Below, in pieces: positions 7,478-15,278 of a stretch of DNA of 39,037 nt. The notes under the pieces were generated by a model, which had not been told where the DNA came from, searched no databases, and saw nothing but the letters and a program-made list of their open reading frames with translations. Positions within the stretch are counted from its first letter, which is position 1. Each line of letters starts with the position of its first letter. Made by a program: the position numbers and the translations under genes. Origin of the DNA: a virus (lineage: Duplodnaviria > Caudoviricetes); IMG/VR virus record IMGVR_UViG_3300027956_000022, positions 1-39,037 of that record; one strand, written 5' to 3'.

Positions 7478-7932
7478 GCCTCGAACTAGTCCCCTGTACG
7501 GTGCGTGACGCCATGTCGTTCGTGGGCCAGCACCACCGGCACCACCGGGCCCCTAACGGAGGGTTGTTCGCCGTGGCTTGTGCCGACGATGCGCGCGAGG
7601 TCGCTGATGCGCTGATCGGGGTCGCCATCGTGGCCCAGCCTGTCGCGCGAATGGCGATGGATGGATGGACCGCCGAGGTCATCCGCCTGTGCGTGCTCCC
7701 GGGACACCCCAACGCCTGTTCGATGCTGTATGGCGCATGCTGGCGAGCTGCTCGCGCCCTCGGGTGGCGGCGGCTGATCACGTACACGCTTCCCGAGGAA
7801 GGCGGGGCGTCCCTCCGCGCTTCCGGCTGGCGCTGTCTTGGCGAAGCGGGCGGAGGCAGGTGGACGCGGAAGAACCGCCCCCGAGTGGACCGACACCCAA
7901 CGCAGGTGAAGATCAAGTGGGAGGCGGAATGA
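7474..7932 (+). CDS. XF1762-family protein (Mom-like / GNAT-fold, putative DNA modification)
   Basis: HHRHH...GVAIVAQPVAR...EVIRLCV...NACSMLYGACWRAARALG...ITYTL...GASLRASGW. Confidence 0.8.
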   Translation: MSLELVPCTVRDAMSFVGQHHRHHRAPNGGLFAVACADDAREVADALIGVAIVAQPVARMAMDGWTAEVIRLCVLPGHPNACSMLYGACWRAARALGWRRLITYTLPEEGGASLRASGWRCLGEAGGGRWTRKNRPRVDRHPTQVKIKWEAE

Positions 7933-7967
7933 CCCCGCGCCCCGATGACAAGGAGGCGAAGCGATGA
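7929..7967 (+). CDS. 12-aa coupling mini-ORF MTPRPDDKEAKR
   Basis: GGAGG SD; ATGA overlaps at both ends. Confidence 0.4.
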   Translation: MTPRPDDKEAKR

Positions 7968-8215
7968 TCGCTGGCAAGGTTGGTGACGAAGTGATGTGGG
8001 TTAGCCAGAGCGCGGGATTCGTAGCTGCTAAGCGCGGCGTCATCGAGGCCCTAGTGCCCGCCGGGATGCGTCCTGAGAAAACCAGCAAGAACCCCGCACC
8101 CGGAGCGGCGCGAGGCCACCTTTCGTATCTGGTTCGCGTGAAGGGGCACGGGCTCTACTGGCCCCGCGTGTCGCAGTTGTCGTTGGTGCCGCGCCCCACG
8201 GAGGACGGACGATGA
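7964..8215 (+). CDS. hypothetical phage protein
   Basis: KVGDEVMWVSQS...SYLVRV...LYWPRVSQL, SH3-like pattern; strong SD. Confidence 0.7.
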   Translation: MIAGKVGDEVMWVSQSAGFVAAKRGVIEALVPAGMRPEKTSKNPAPGAARGHLSYLVRVKGHGLYWPRVSQLSLVPRPTEDGR

Positions 8216-8892
8216 CGCGAGCAGAGAGAGTCGAGGAGGCGTTGCGGGAACTGCACACCGCATCGGCACCGCACCCGGCCCACGTTCGGGCGTGTACGTG
8301 CCCGGTCTGCTGCGCCCGTGAGATCGCTGCCGCCACCCTCGCGCTCCCCGAGGACGAGCCCGCGACGGGCGGCAAGCCGTGCGCGTGCGGCCAAATGGTC
8401 ATCCTCCCCGGCTTCAGGTTCATGCGGGCGGGTAGGCGTGAGAGCACCCTGCATACTGAAGGCGGATGCACGGTCCAGCCCGATAAGCTTGCGGGCGCTG
8501 CTGCGCGCATCATCTCGGACGACCTAGAAGAGTGGCAGACCGAAGTTGGCAGGTGGGTCGGGAGCAGCGCCCCCTCCCCGTCCGCCCCCACGACGGGAGG
8601 AGCGGCGACGGCCGCCATCATGATTTGCACCTGTGCCGATGGCGGTGAGTGCCTGATCCACGACGAGGAGGAGGCCCCCGCCTCCCCGCCCTCCGTCACC
8701 CCGGGGACGCCCGCCATGGACGATGGCGACTCGGGGGTTCTGGCGTGGGACCGCGCGCCCGCCCCGGCCCCACAGGAGCCCGCGACGTGCCCGGAGTGCG
8801 AGGGGAGCGGTCGAGGCGAGGGTACGCCAGAATACGAAACGTACTGCGCGGCCTGCGGCGGTACCGGCCGCGTGGGAGGGGACCATGGGTGA
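8212..8892 (+). CDS. mosaic Cys-rich hypothetical protein
   Basis: Several Cys clusters; C-terminal DnaJ-type CPECEGSG/CAACGGTG. Confidence 0.6.
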   Translation: MTRAERVEEALRELHTASAPHPAHVRACTCPVCCAREIAAATLALPEDEPATGGKPCACGQMVILPGFRFMRAGRRESTLHTEGGCTVQPDKLAGAAARIISDDLEEWQTEVGRWVGSSAPSPSAPTTGGAATAAIMICTCADGGECLIHDEEEAPASPPSVTPGTPAMDDGDSGVLAWDRAPAPAPQEPATCPECEGSGRGEGTPEYETYCAACGGTGRVGGDHG

Positions 8893-9079
8893 CGCCCGTT
8901 GGACGGAGGAGGTCGCCTTGGCGTGGGTGGCGGACTGCATGCGCTGGCGGGGGCGGGTTCTGCACGGGGAGAGGATGCACTGGTGCTGCGATTGGGACGA
9001 GCTTCCGGTGGACGACACGACGCGCGAGGCGGGCGCGTGCGGTTGTTTCGAGCGCATGAGGGGAGGGGACCATGGGTAA
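8885..9079 (+). CDS. hypothetical protein
   Basis: GGAGG SD; HWCCDWD...CGC. Confidence 0.6.
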   Translation: MGDARWTEEVALAWVADCMRWRGRVLHGERMHWCCDWDELPVDDTTREAGACGCFERMRGGDHG

Positions 9080-9299
9080 GAGAAAGCCGATGCTGCCCAC
9101 GGCAGCGTGGTTCGTGTCTGCGTTTGGGGAGGAGTCAGAGGAGCGGCGACAGGCAGAGGTCGAACTCCGTGCCGCCGAAGCCGTGATCCGGGCGGCCATG
9201 AAGGCGGGGCCCTACGTGTCGACGAAGGACGACTTGGCGATGGGCCGCGCCCTCGCGCGCCTCTCGCGCGTGACGGGCGCGAAGGGAGGCCGCAAGTGA
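9072..9299 (+). CDS. hypothetical protein
   Basis: GGAGG SD; overlap-coupled. Confidence 0.6.
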   Translation: MGKRKPMLPTAAWFVSAFGEESEERRQAEVELRAAEAVIRAAMKAGPYVSTKDDLAMGRALARLSRVTGAKGGRK

Positions 9300-9595
9300 G
9301 CGACAAGTGCAGGATGGATCCCACGTGCTACTGGCGCGGGCACTACGACACGCTTTTCGAGGCGAACATGGAGCAGATCGCCCGCGCGCAGTCCGCCGAG
9401 GCGCGAGCGGAGCGGGCGGAGGCGGAGTGCGCGAGGCTGAGAGCGGAGGGGGAACGGTGCTGGCTAGTCGCGGGTGAAGTTGGGGGCCTCACGGGGGTGT
9501 TGTGCTCATCTCGGGAGCGCGCCGAGAAGGTCGCCGCCAAGGCTGGCGGGCCCGTGGTCCCCGTCCGCGTCGTGAGGGAGGAGCCCAAGCCATGA
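9296..9595 (+). CDS. hypothetical coiled-coil protein
   Basis: GTGA overlap; AEARAERAEAECARLRAE. Confidence 0.55.
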   Translation: MSDKCRMDPTCYWRGHYDTLFEANMEQIARAQSAEARAERAEAECARLRAEGERCWLVAGEVGGLTGVLCSSRERAEKVAAKAGGPVVPVRVVREEPKP

Positions 9596-9804
9596 CGCTT
9601 CGTGACCGAATCCGCTGTCTCCGTGCGGTACTCCGCGACATCGACCGCAAATGCGCCGACGGAGTGTTGATCTGCCCCGGGTGCAGCTACGAGGACCCTA
9701 TGTCGGACCTAGACATCCGACTCGACATCAAAGCCGCGCTCCGGGCGGACGACAGGGCGGAGCAGCGGCAACGCAGGCTGCGCGTCGTGAGGGAGGGCGA
9801 GTAG
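9592..9804 (+). CDS. hypothetical protein
   Basis: ATGA overlap; CPGC. Confidence 0.55.
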   Translation: MTLRDRIRCLRAVLRDIDRKCADGVLICPGCSYEDPMSDLDIRLDIKAALRADDRAEQRQRRLRVVREGE

Positions 9805-9897
9805 CCCCTGCCGGGGAGGGTCGTTGCGTATGACCCTGGGTCCCCGGAAACCCCGGAACGGCCGCGCGTAAGTGTGCGGAATCTCTGTCGCCCCCGC

Positions 9898-9913
9898 TGG
9901 CATGGCGCTAGCA
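9898..9913 (+). promoter_or_regulatory. putative sigma54 (-24/-12) promoter TGGCATGGCGCTAGCA
   Basis: Matches TGGCACG-N4-TTGCW at 10 of 12 defined positions with correct GG-N10-GC spacing; intergenic, 42 nt before ATG 9956. Confidence 0.55.
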
Positions 9914-9955
9914 ATACGTAGCCTCAACAACGCAGCGCACACGGAGACGCAAGCC

Positions 9956-10171
9956 ATGACGACGACCCGCTACGACGCATCGTTCCGACTAATCAAGGTG
10001 TCCTCTGGTCTGTACCGTTCCGAGGATGGGCGCGTCACCGTTATGCGACTCCCTTGGCTGGCGCCAACCCCTTGGCGCGCGACATGGAAGGGCGCCCTTG
10101 GGTCGGTGCAGGGAGCGCACTTCTCCACCCTATCCGCGTTCCGACGCGAATGGCGAGCCGGACGCATCTAG
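9956..10171 (+). CDS. hypothetical protein
   Basis: GGAG SD before ATG 9956. Confidence 0.55.
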   Translation: MTTTRYDASFRLIKVSSGLYRSEDGRVTVMRLPWLAPTPWRATWKGALGSVQGAHFSTLSAFRREWRAGRI

Positions 10172-10264
10172 GTCCCCTCCTTTTGTGACTCGATCTCGGA
10201 ATCAGCGCCTAACCCTACCCTGGCGCCGCCAGTACGGGGCGCCCCTCTCCCACGGAGACACACC

Positions 10265-10543
10265 ATGTCCCTACAGACAGCCGAGTCCCTGAACGAGATC
10301 ACCGGCGGCATCGAGATGGCCCTCAACGCTATCCGCTACAACAACCCCGCCCTATGCGTCGAGGTCGTGCAGGAGCTCCGCCGCTACGTCGCCGGCGAGG
10401 TGGCCGCGTGCGTCGACCTCGCCCTCTCCTCGGCCCGCACCGGGGATCAGGCGACGGCCCGCACGGTGCTGATCGCCCTCAAGCAGAAGCTCGACATCGA
10501 AGCCCGCATGGCCGCTGCGAAGCGCGCTGCCCGCGCCTACTGA
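10265..10543 (+). CDS. hypothetical protein
   Basis: GGAG SD; strong GC3 codon bias. Confidence 0.7.
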   Translation: MSLQTAESLNEITGGIEMALNAIRYNNPALCVEVVQELRRYVAGEVAACVDLALSSARTGDQATARTVLIALKQKLDIEARMAAAKRAARAY

Positions 10544-10557
10544 TCCGAGGACCCGCC

Positions 10558-10881
10558 ATGACTACCGACGACATGATCCGCCTGCTGATGGTTGCCCACG
10601 ACGACCTGCGCGCCGAGATCCAGAATCACCCGGACATCTCCTACGCCACGCATGGGACCGCAGTCCTGATTCAAGGGGCCTTGCTCGTCGCCTCGAAGAT
10701 GCAGCCGGGCCTGTGCCAGCGCCAGCACCTCGCCACCATCGCGCAGATCGGCGCCGACACCCTCGCGGCTGCGTTCCTGCACCGGCCGCACCTCGTCGAG
10801 TCGGCCAAACTGCTGCACGACATCGCGTCGTCCCTCCAGATGATCGCGGACGCGGCTCGGCCGGGCGTGGAGGCCGCATGA
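10558..10881 (+). CDS. hypothetical protein
   Basis: GAGG SD before ATG 10558. Confidence 0.65.
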   Translation: MTTDDMIRLLMVAHDDLRAEIQNHPDISYATHGTAVLIQGALLVASKMQPGLCQRQHLATIAQIGADTLAAAFLHRPHLVESAKLLHDIASSLQMIADAARPGVEAA

Positions 10882-11192
10882 ACCGGCACCGCACGCTAGA
10901 GACCGGCTGGGAGGACGACGCCGGAGAGTCGTACCGCGTCACCCTCGAATACTCCCCCGGCTCCCCGGGGCACCGCGAGGAGGCGCCGAGCGGCCCCGAA
11001 ATCTGGATCCGGTCGGTTCACGAGGACCGCCCCGGTGGCGAGGCGCGGCCCGACCTCATCCCGCAGGTTGAGGCGGAGCTCGATGGTCCATGGTGGGACG
11101 AGGCGGCCGATTCCATCGCCGAGGCGGAGGAGGCGTCGTACCTCGATTGGGCCGATCGCGAGATGGACCGAGCCCGCGAGGAGGAGGTGTAG
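10878..11192 (+). CDS. acidic hypothetical protein
   Basis: GGAGG SD; ATGA overlap; very Asp/Glu rich. Confidence 0.65.
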   Translation: MNRHRTLETGWEDDAGESYRVTLEYSPGSPGHREEAPSGPEIWIRSVHEDRPGGEARPDLIPQVEAELDGPWWDEAADSIAEAEEASYLDWADREMDRAREEEV

Positions 11193-11194
11193 CC

Positions 11195-11371
11195 GTGGCG
11201 CGCATCGAATTCGACTTCATCCCCGGATCCATCATGCCCGTGGTCCGCATCACCGAGGACCCGCCCCGGCGCGAGGAGCCGCGCGACCCGCCACCGGAGT
11301 GCGCGTGTCAGGGCCGGTGCGATAACTGCGAGTGCCGCAATTCCAGGCCGCACCCGGGATCGGCCCGGTAG
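11195..11371 (+). CDS. small Cys-rich hypothetical protein
   Basis: GGAGG SD before GTG; CACQGRCDNCEC. Confidence 0.5.
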   Translation: MARIEFDFIPGSIMPVVRITEDPPRREEPRDPPPECACQGRCDNCECRNSRPHPGSAR

Positions 11372-11374
11372 CGG

Positions 11375-11418
11375 GGCGGGCCGGGCGGTTCGCGTCGTTG
11401 TGTGTCGCCCGGCCCGTC
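11375..11418 (+). other. GC-rich intergenic hairpin upstream of the AAA ATPase
   Basis: GGCGGGCCGGGCGG / TCGCCCGGCCCGTC inverted repeat. Confidence 0.45.
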
Positions 11419-11443
11419 AGTCTCTCTCACCCGAGGTTTTCCA

Positions 11444-12451
11444 ATGGCTCGATTCATGAAGGCTGCCCCCCAGCAAGCTCGCCTCAAGGTCTCCATCTAC
11501 GGCCCCCCGGGGTCGGGCAAGACGTTCTCCACCCTCCTGATGGCGGAGGGGCTCGCGAAGGTGCGTGGGAAGCGGGTCGCATACGTCGACACGGAGCGCG
11601 GAACCGACTTCTACGCGCAGGCTGTCCCCGGCCGTTCGGTCCACCCCGAGGCGTTCGACTTCGACGCGCTCTATGAGCGGTCCATCAAGGAGGTCTCCGA
11701 CGCGGTGTTCTCCCTCGACCCCAAGGAACACGGGGTCGTGGTCCTCGACTCGATCTCCCACCTGTGGGAAGCGGCGATGGATGCGTACCAGGGGCGCAAG
11801 ACGAAGATCGACTCCATCCCGATGCACGCATGGGGAAAGATCAAGCGGCCGTACAAGGACCTGCTCAAGTACCTGATCGCCGCCCCGCTGGACGTGTTCA
11901 TCCTCGGTCGTCAGAAGAACGTCTTTGAGGACGACGAGAACACGGGGGAGATGAAAAAGGTTGGTGTGGCGATGCGCGCCGAGGGCGAGACAGCCTACGA
12001 ACCGCACATCTGCATCCGCATGGAGTCGCGGATCAACCCCGACAAGACGACCCAGAGCGTATACGTCGCCTACGTCGAGAAGGATCGCACCGGCGTTCTA
12101 TCAGGCCGCTCCATCGTCAACCCCGCGTTCACTATGATCCAACCCCTGCTCCCGCTCCTCGGGGAGGTGCAGGCCCCAGCGGAGAACGAGGAGGAGCGGA
12201 TCGCCAAGGATGGAGAGCTGCTCGATAAGGCCGACGAGAAGGCGAAGGAGAAGGAGGAGAAGTCAGCGGGCCTTTTCGCGGACCTTCAAGCGCAGGTTTC
12301 CGGCTGCGTCGATCTCGCCGCGCTCAACTCGGCGGCGGACGCCATCGCCAAGGCGAAGCGGTATCTGACCGAGGAGCACATGGGGGCTCTGCGCGAGGTC
12401 TACAAGTCGAAGCGGGATCGGCTCATCAGCGACACGAGTAAGGCGATCTAA
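11444..12451 (+). CDS. AAA ATPase, Sak4-like single-strand annealing recombinase
   Basis: MARFMKA...YGPPGSGKT Walker A, VDTERG, VVVLDSISH Walker B, EKDRTG. Confidence 0.8.
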   Translation: MARFMKAAPQQARLKVSIYGPPGSGKTFSTLLMAEGLAKVRGKRVAYVDTERGTDFYAQAVPGRSVHPEAFDFDALYERSIKEVSDAVFSLDPKEHGVVVLDSISHLWEAAMDAYQGRKTKIDSIPMHAWGKIKRPYKDLLKYLIAAPLDVFILGRQKNVFEDDENTGEMKKVGVAMRAEGETAYEPHICIRMESRINPDKTTQSVYVAYVEKDRTGVLSGRSIVNPAFTMIQPLLPLLGEVQAPAENEEERIAKDGELLDKADEKAKEKEEKSAGLFADLQAQVSGCVDLAALNSAADAIAKAKRYLTEEHMGALREVYKSKRDRLISDTSKAI

Positions 12452-12633
12452 TGATCCGCCTCGACCCCGTTGAGCAGAGGGCATGGGCTGCGGCGGAGTA
12501 CGCGCTCCGCCGGGCCCGAGAGGAGCTCGAAACCGGGACGGATGTGGGGTTCATGCTGCTTGACATCGAAGCCGCATCCGAGGACCTCGCGTTGGCCGCC
12601 AAGGAGATCCGCCGCAGGCTGGGGAGGGAGTGA
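12451..12633 (+). CDS. hypothetical protein
   Basis: TAATG overlap; helical. Confidence 0.55.
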   Translation: MIRLDPVEQRAWAAAEYALRRAREELETGTDVGFMLLDIEAASEDLALAAKEIRRRLGRE

Positions 12634-12893
12634 TGGCAATCGACCCGAAGAAGTTGGCCGAGCAACGATGGGGTAAGGGGCGCCTGCCACCAGAGACCAT
12701 CTGCGCCTGCGGGACCCGGACCCGGGACGCCTCGGGTAAGTGCAGGGCCTGCCGGATCGACCTCCCCAAGGTCGCGAAGATGAGCACGGAGAACCTGATC
12801 CGCCTCGCTACGATTGTTGGGCAGGAGATCAAGGCGCGGCATTCGGCGATGGAGCAGGCGATCAACGGGCTGAGGGTGGGAGGTGCCAAGTGA
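12630..12893 (+). CDS. small zinc-finger protein
   Basis: CACG...CRAC; coupled overlaps. Confidence 0.6.
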   Translation: MMAIDPKKLAEQRWGKGRLPPETICACGTRTRDASGKCRACRIDLPKVAKMSTENLIRLATIVGQEIKARHSAMEQAINGLRVGGAK

Positions 12894-13213
12894 ACGCCAC
12901 CGAAACCGCGAAGCTGCTGCGCCGCCTTGGCGCCTGCGAAGAGGCCCGCAATTGGGTCCAGGGCCACACGCTCGCGTGGGCGTGGGAGAAATGTGAGCGC
13001 GCCTACTGGCTGGAATGGCTCGCGAATGCGCTCGGCGTCAGGATGACCGACTCGGCGCGGGCCGAGTACGACCGCGTGGAGGCAGCGGCGTGGGCCAAGT
13101 ACAACCGCGGGAGGGCAGCGGCGCAGGCCGAGTACGACCGCGTGAGGGCACCGGCCTACCGCGCGGCCGTGCCCTACGCGGAGATCCTCAAGGCCGCGAA
13201 GGAGAGAGCGTGA
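12890..13213 (+). CDS. hypothetical protein with 11-aa Ala/Tyr repeats
   Basis: LGACEEARNW N-terminus; ARAEYDRVEAA/AWAKYNRGRAA/AQAEYDRVRAP repeats. Confidence 0.7.
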   Translation: MNATETAKLLRRLGACEEARNWVQGHTLAWAWEKCERAYWLEWLANALGVRMTDSARAEYDRVEAAAWAKYNRGRAAAQAEYDRVRAPAYRAAVPYAEILKAAKERA

Positions 13214-13623
13214 TCCCCGCGATGCGAAGCCTCCCCAGCGACCTCTGCGCCGAGTGCTGGGGCAAAATCAAGGCCGCTGCGAAGGCGGAGAAGGAGCGCC
13301 GCAGGGAGAAGAAGCGGCCGCGCGTGGAGGCGAAGCGAGGCCGGTCGCTGAACGAGTGGGAGAGGTGGGTTGCTCTCAAGACCCAGGCCATGCTGCGCGA
13401 CAGTTGGACCTGCGTCATGTGCCGGACGCCCGTGGGGCTCGACTGCCACCATCTGGAGCCCGGCGGGGCGAAGCACAGGAGGGAGCGGATCGAGAACGTG
13501 ATCACCCTTTGCCGGTGGTGCCACGATGCGTATCACGCCAACGTGTCCCGGTTTGCGCCGGCCATTAAGAACTGGTGCGACGCGCACGGATACCCGTATC
13601 CCAACCGGAAGGAATACCGATGA
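13210..13623 (+). CDS. HNH endonuclease
   Basis: RDSWTCVMC...DCHHL...NVITLCRWCH. Confidence 0.8.
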   Translation: MIPAMRSLPSDLCAECWGKIKAAAKAEKERRREKKRPRVEAKRGRSLNEWERWVALKTQAMLRDSWTCVMCRTPVGLDCHHLEPGGAKHRRERIENVITLCRWCHDAYHANVSRFAPAIKNWCDAHGYPYPNRKEYR

Positions 13624-13844
13624 CCGACGCACCTGAGATTCGACAAGCGGCAACGGCCGAGGACATGATCGCGGAGCTCACCCGCGAGCGTGACGAGGCC
13701 CGGGGCGAGTACCTCGGCGCCTCACGGGAACGGGACGCGCTAAGCCGGGAGGTCGTACGCCTCCTTGTGGACAACGACGGGCTCCGGCGGAGGATTCGCC
13801 TACTGGAGGCCGAGATCGACGAGATGCCTCACCTGGCCGAGTAG
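13620..13844 (+). CDS. coiled-coil hypothetical protein
   Basis: ATGA overlap; heptad pattern; last gene of the rightward arm. Confidence 0.6.
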   Translation: MTDAPEIRQAATAEDMIAELTRERDEARGEYLGASRERDALSREVVRLLVDNDGLRRRIRLLEAEIDEMPHLAE

Positions 13845-14005
13845 ATCACCCGGTCCCCCGCGATCCTCCTAACCTCCCGTTCCGCAAGCCGCTCGGCTTC
13901 GGCGCGGGAGGTTCCCTTCCCATCGAACTGGATCCGGGCGGCGATCTCGTCCCACCACTCGCGCCAGTCGAGATCCCATTCCCGGGGGTCGGGTCCGAGG
14001 GTCAC
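13829..14005 (-). CDS. hypothetical protein
   Basis: EIAARIQFDG...SRAEAE motif; GTGA overlap; converges on 13844. Confidence 0.55.
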   Translation of the reverse strand: MTLGPDPREWDLDWREWWDEIAARIQFDGKGTSRAEAERLAEREVRRIAGDRVIYSAR

Positions 14006-15063
14006 GCCGCGCGCTCCCGGGCCCGGAGCCATGACAGGTACGCGGCCCCCTCCTCCGGGTCCCAGAACGGTTTGATCAGGTCGGGGTGGTCAGCCGGCAG
14101 CCGTGGGTCGATGACGGTTAGCACCGCCGGGCCGAGGTGCTGATCCCGGAACCCCTTCTCCAGCGCGAACCGGTCATGCCGCTTGTAACTCGCCACCTTG
14201 ATCGCGTGGCAGACGATGCCCGACTCGGGGTCCTTCAAGACGCCATAGGCTGACTCGTGGGTGTGGCCTGCGATCGCGAGGTGGTCGCGCACGCCGAGAA
14301 AGATCGCCTTCATCGGTCCGTGCGCGGGATTCCACTGTGAGCGCCCCGCGAAGTCGTGGCGGCAGTTGATCCGCACCTCGCGCTTGCCCGGGAACCGGAG
14401 CGCGATCCGCACCTCGGAGTCCTGATACAGGGCGCCGATCTGGGATGTGATCCAGCGCATAGGGTCCCCGGACCCGGACCAGGCGTCATGATTCCCGCCG
14501 ACGATGTAGATCCAGTCCCGGACCTGCTCAACGAACCATTCCGCGAGCTGCCACGCGTCGGCCTGCGTCGTGCTCTGCGCCGAGTAGAGCCGCGCGAGTC
14601 GGCCGATCCAGTTGTTCGTCGTGTCGCCGACCGTCGCGCCGTACAGGCCCGGAGTCTCCCGGACAAGCCGCGCGTGAGCCTCCAGCAGGCTGATGTCCGT
14701 CCCGTCATCGTCGACGTGCGGGTCCCCGAAGTGCAGGATTCCGATGGGGTCCGACTTGGAGAGCTTCACCGGGATCAGGTGACGCGACTCCATGTGGGCA
14801 TCAAGGCGGGCATACCGCCGCTTGCGCTCCTCGACCAACTCCTCCTTGGTCAGGCCCGAAGGCGTTGGGCGGGTGATCTCGGGCTGCTCCCCCCGGCCAA
14901 GAAGTTGGGCGTACTCGATCCCCAGCGCGCGGCAGGCGTGATGGAAGGACGGGACCGTAATGCCGAACCGCTTTGCCGCCTCAGGGCCTGACGCGCTGGC
15001 CCGAATCGCGGCCTCCAGATCCTCCCGCTGCTCCGGCTTCCACCGATACGGTCGACAGGCCAC
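14002..15063 (-). CDS. calcineurin-like metallophosphoesterase with N-terminal HTH
   Basis: GDPH, GDTTNN, GNHD and GHTH motifs; GPEAAKRFGITVPSFHH HTH-like segment. Confidence 0.85.
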   Translation of the reverse strand: MACRPYRWKPEQREDLEAAIRASASGPEAAKRFGITVPSFHHACRALGIEYAQLLGRGEQPEITRPTPSGLTKEELVEERKRRYARLDAHMESRHLIPVKLSKSDPIGILHFGDPHVDDDGTDISLLEAHARLVRETPGLYGATVGDTTNNWIGRLARLYSAQSTTQADAWQLAEWFVEQVRDWIYIVGGNHDAWSGSGDPMRWITSQIGALYQDSEVRIALRFPGKREVRINCRHDFAGRSQWNPAHGPMKAIFLGVRDHLAIAGHTHESAYGVLKDPESGIVCHAIKVASYKRHDRFALEKGFRDQHLGPAVLTVIDPRLPADHPDLIKPFWDPEEGAAYLSWLRARERAA

Positions 15064-15276
15064 TTACCTCCCCCTCCTATCCGCTTCCTCCACCGGGGGA
15101 GTGTCCATCGGGATCACCCCGCCGCCTGCCACAACGTCCGTGTTGAAGCCCATCGGCTGCCGACCCTTGCGCCGCTTCGCGCGTTTCGTTTCCTTTACCA
15201 AGCGGATCAGTTGGTCAACCTTCTCCTCGACCGCCGTAAGCTTCGCCCATAGCAGATCGTGATCAGTGGGGGGCAT
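15064..15276 (-). CDS. hypothetical protein
   Basis: Fills the gap in the late operon; short coiled coil. Confidence 0.5.
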   Translation of the reverse strand: MPPTDHDLLWAKLTAVEEKVDQLIRLVKETKRAKRRKGRQPMGFNTDVVAGGGVIPMDTPPVEEADRRGR

Positions 15277-15278
15277 GG

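Noticed and set aside
10183-10236. TGTGA CRP-like half site and TGGCG sigma54-like start before 10265
   Set aside because: The second half-sites do not match consensus
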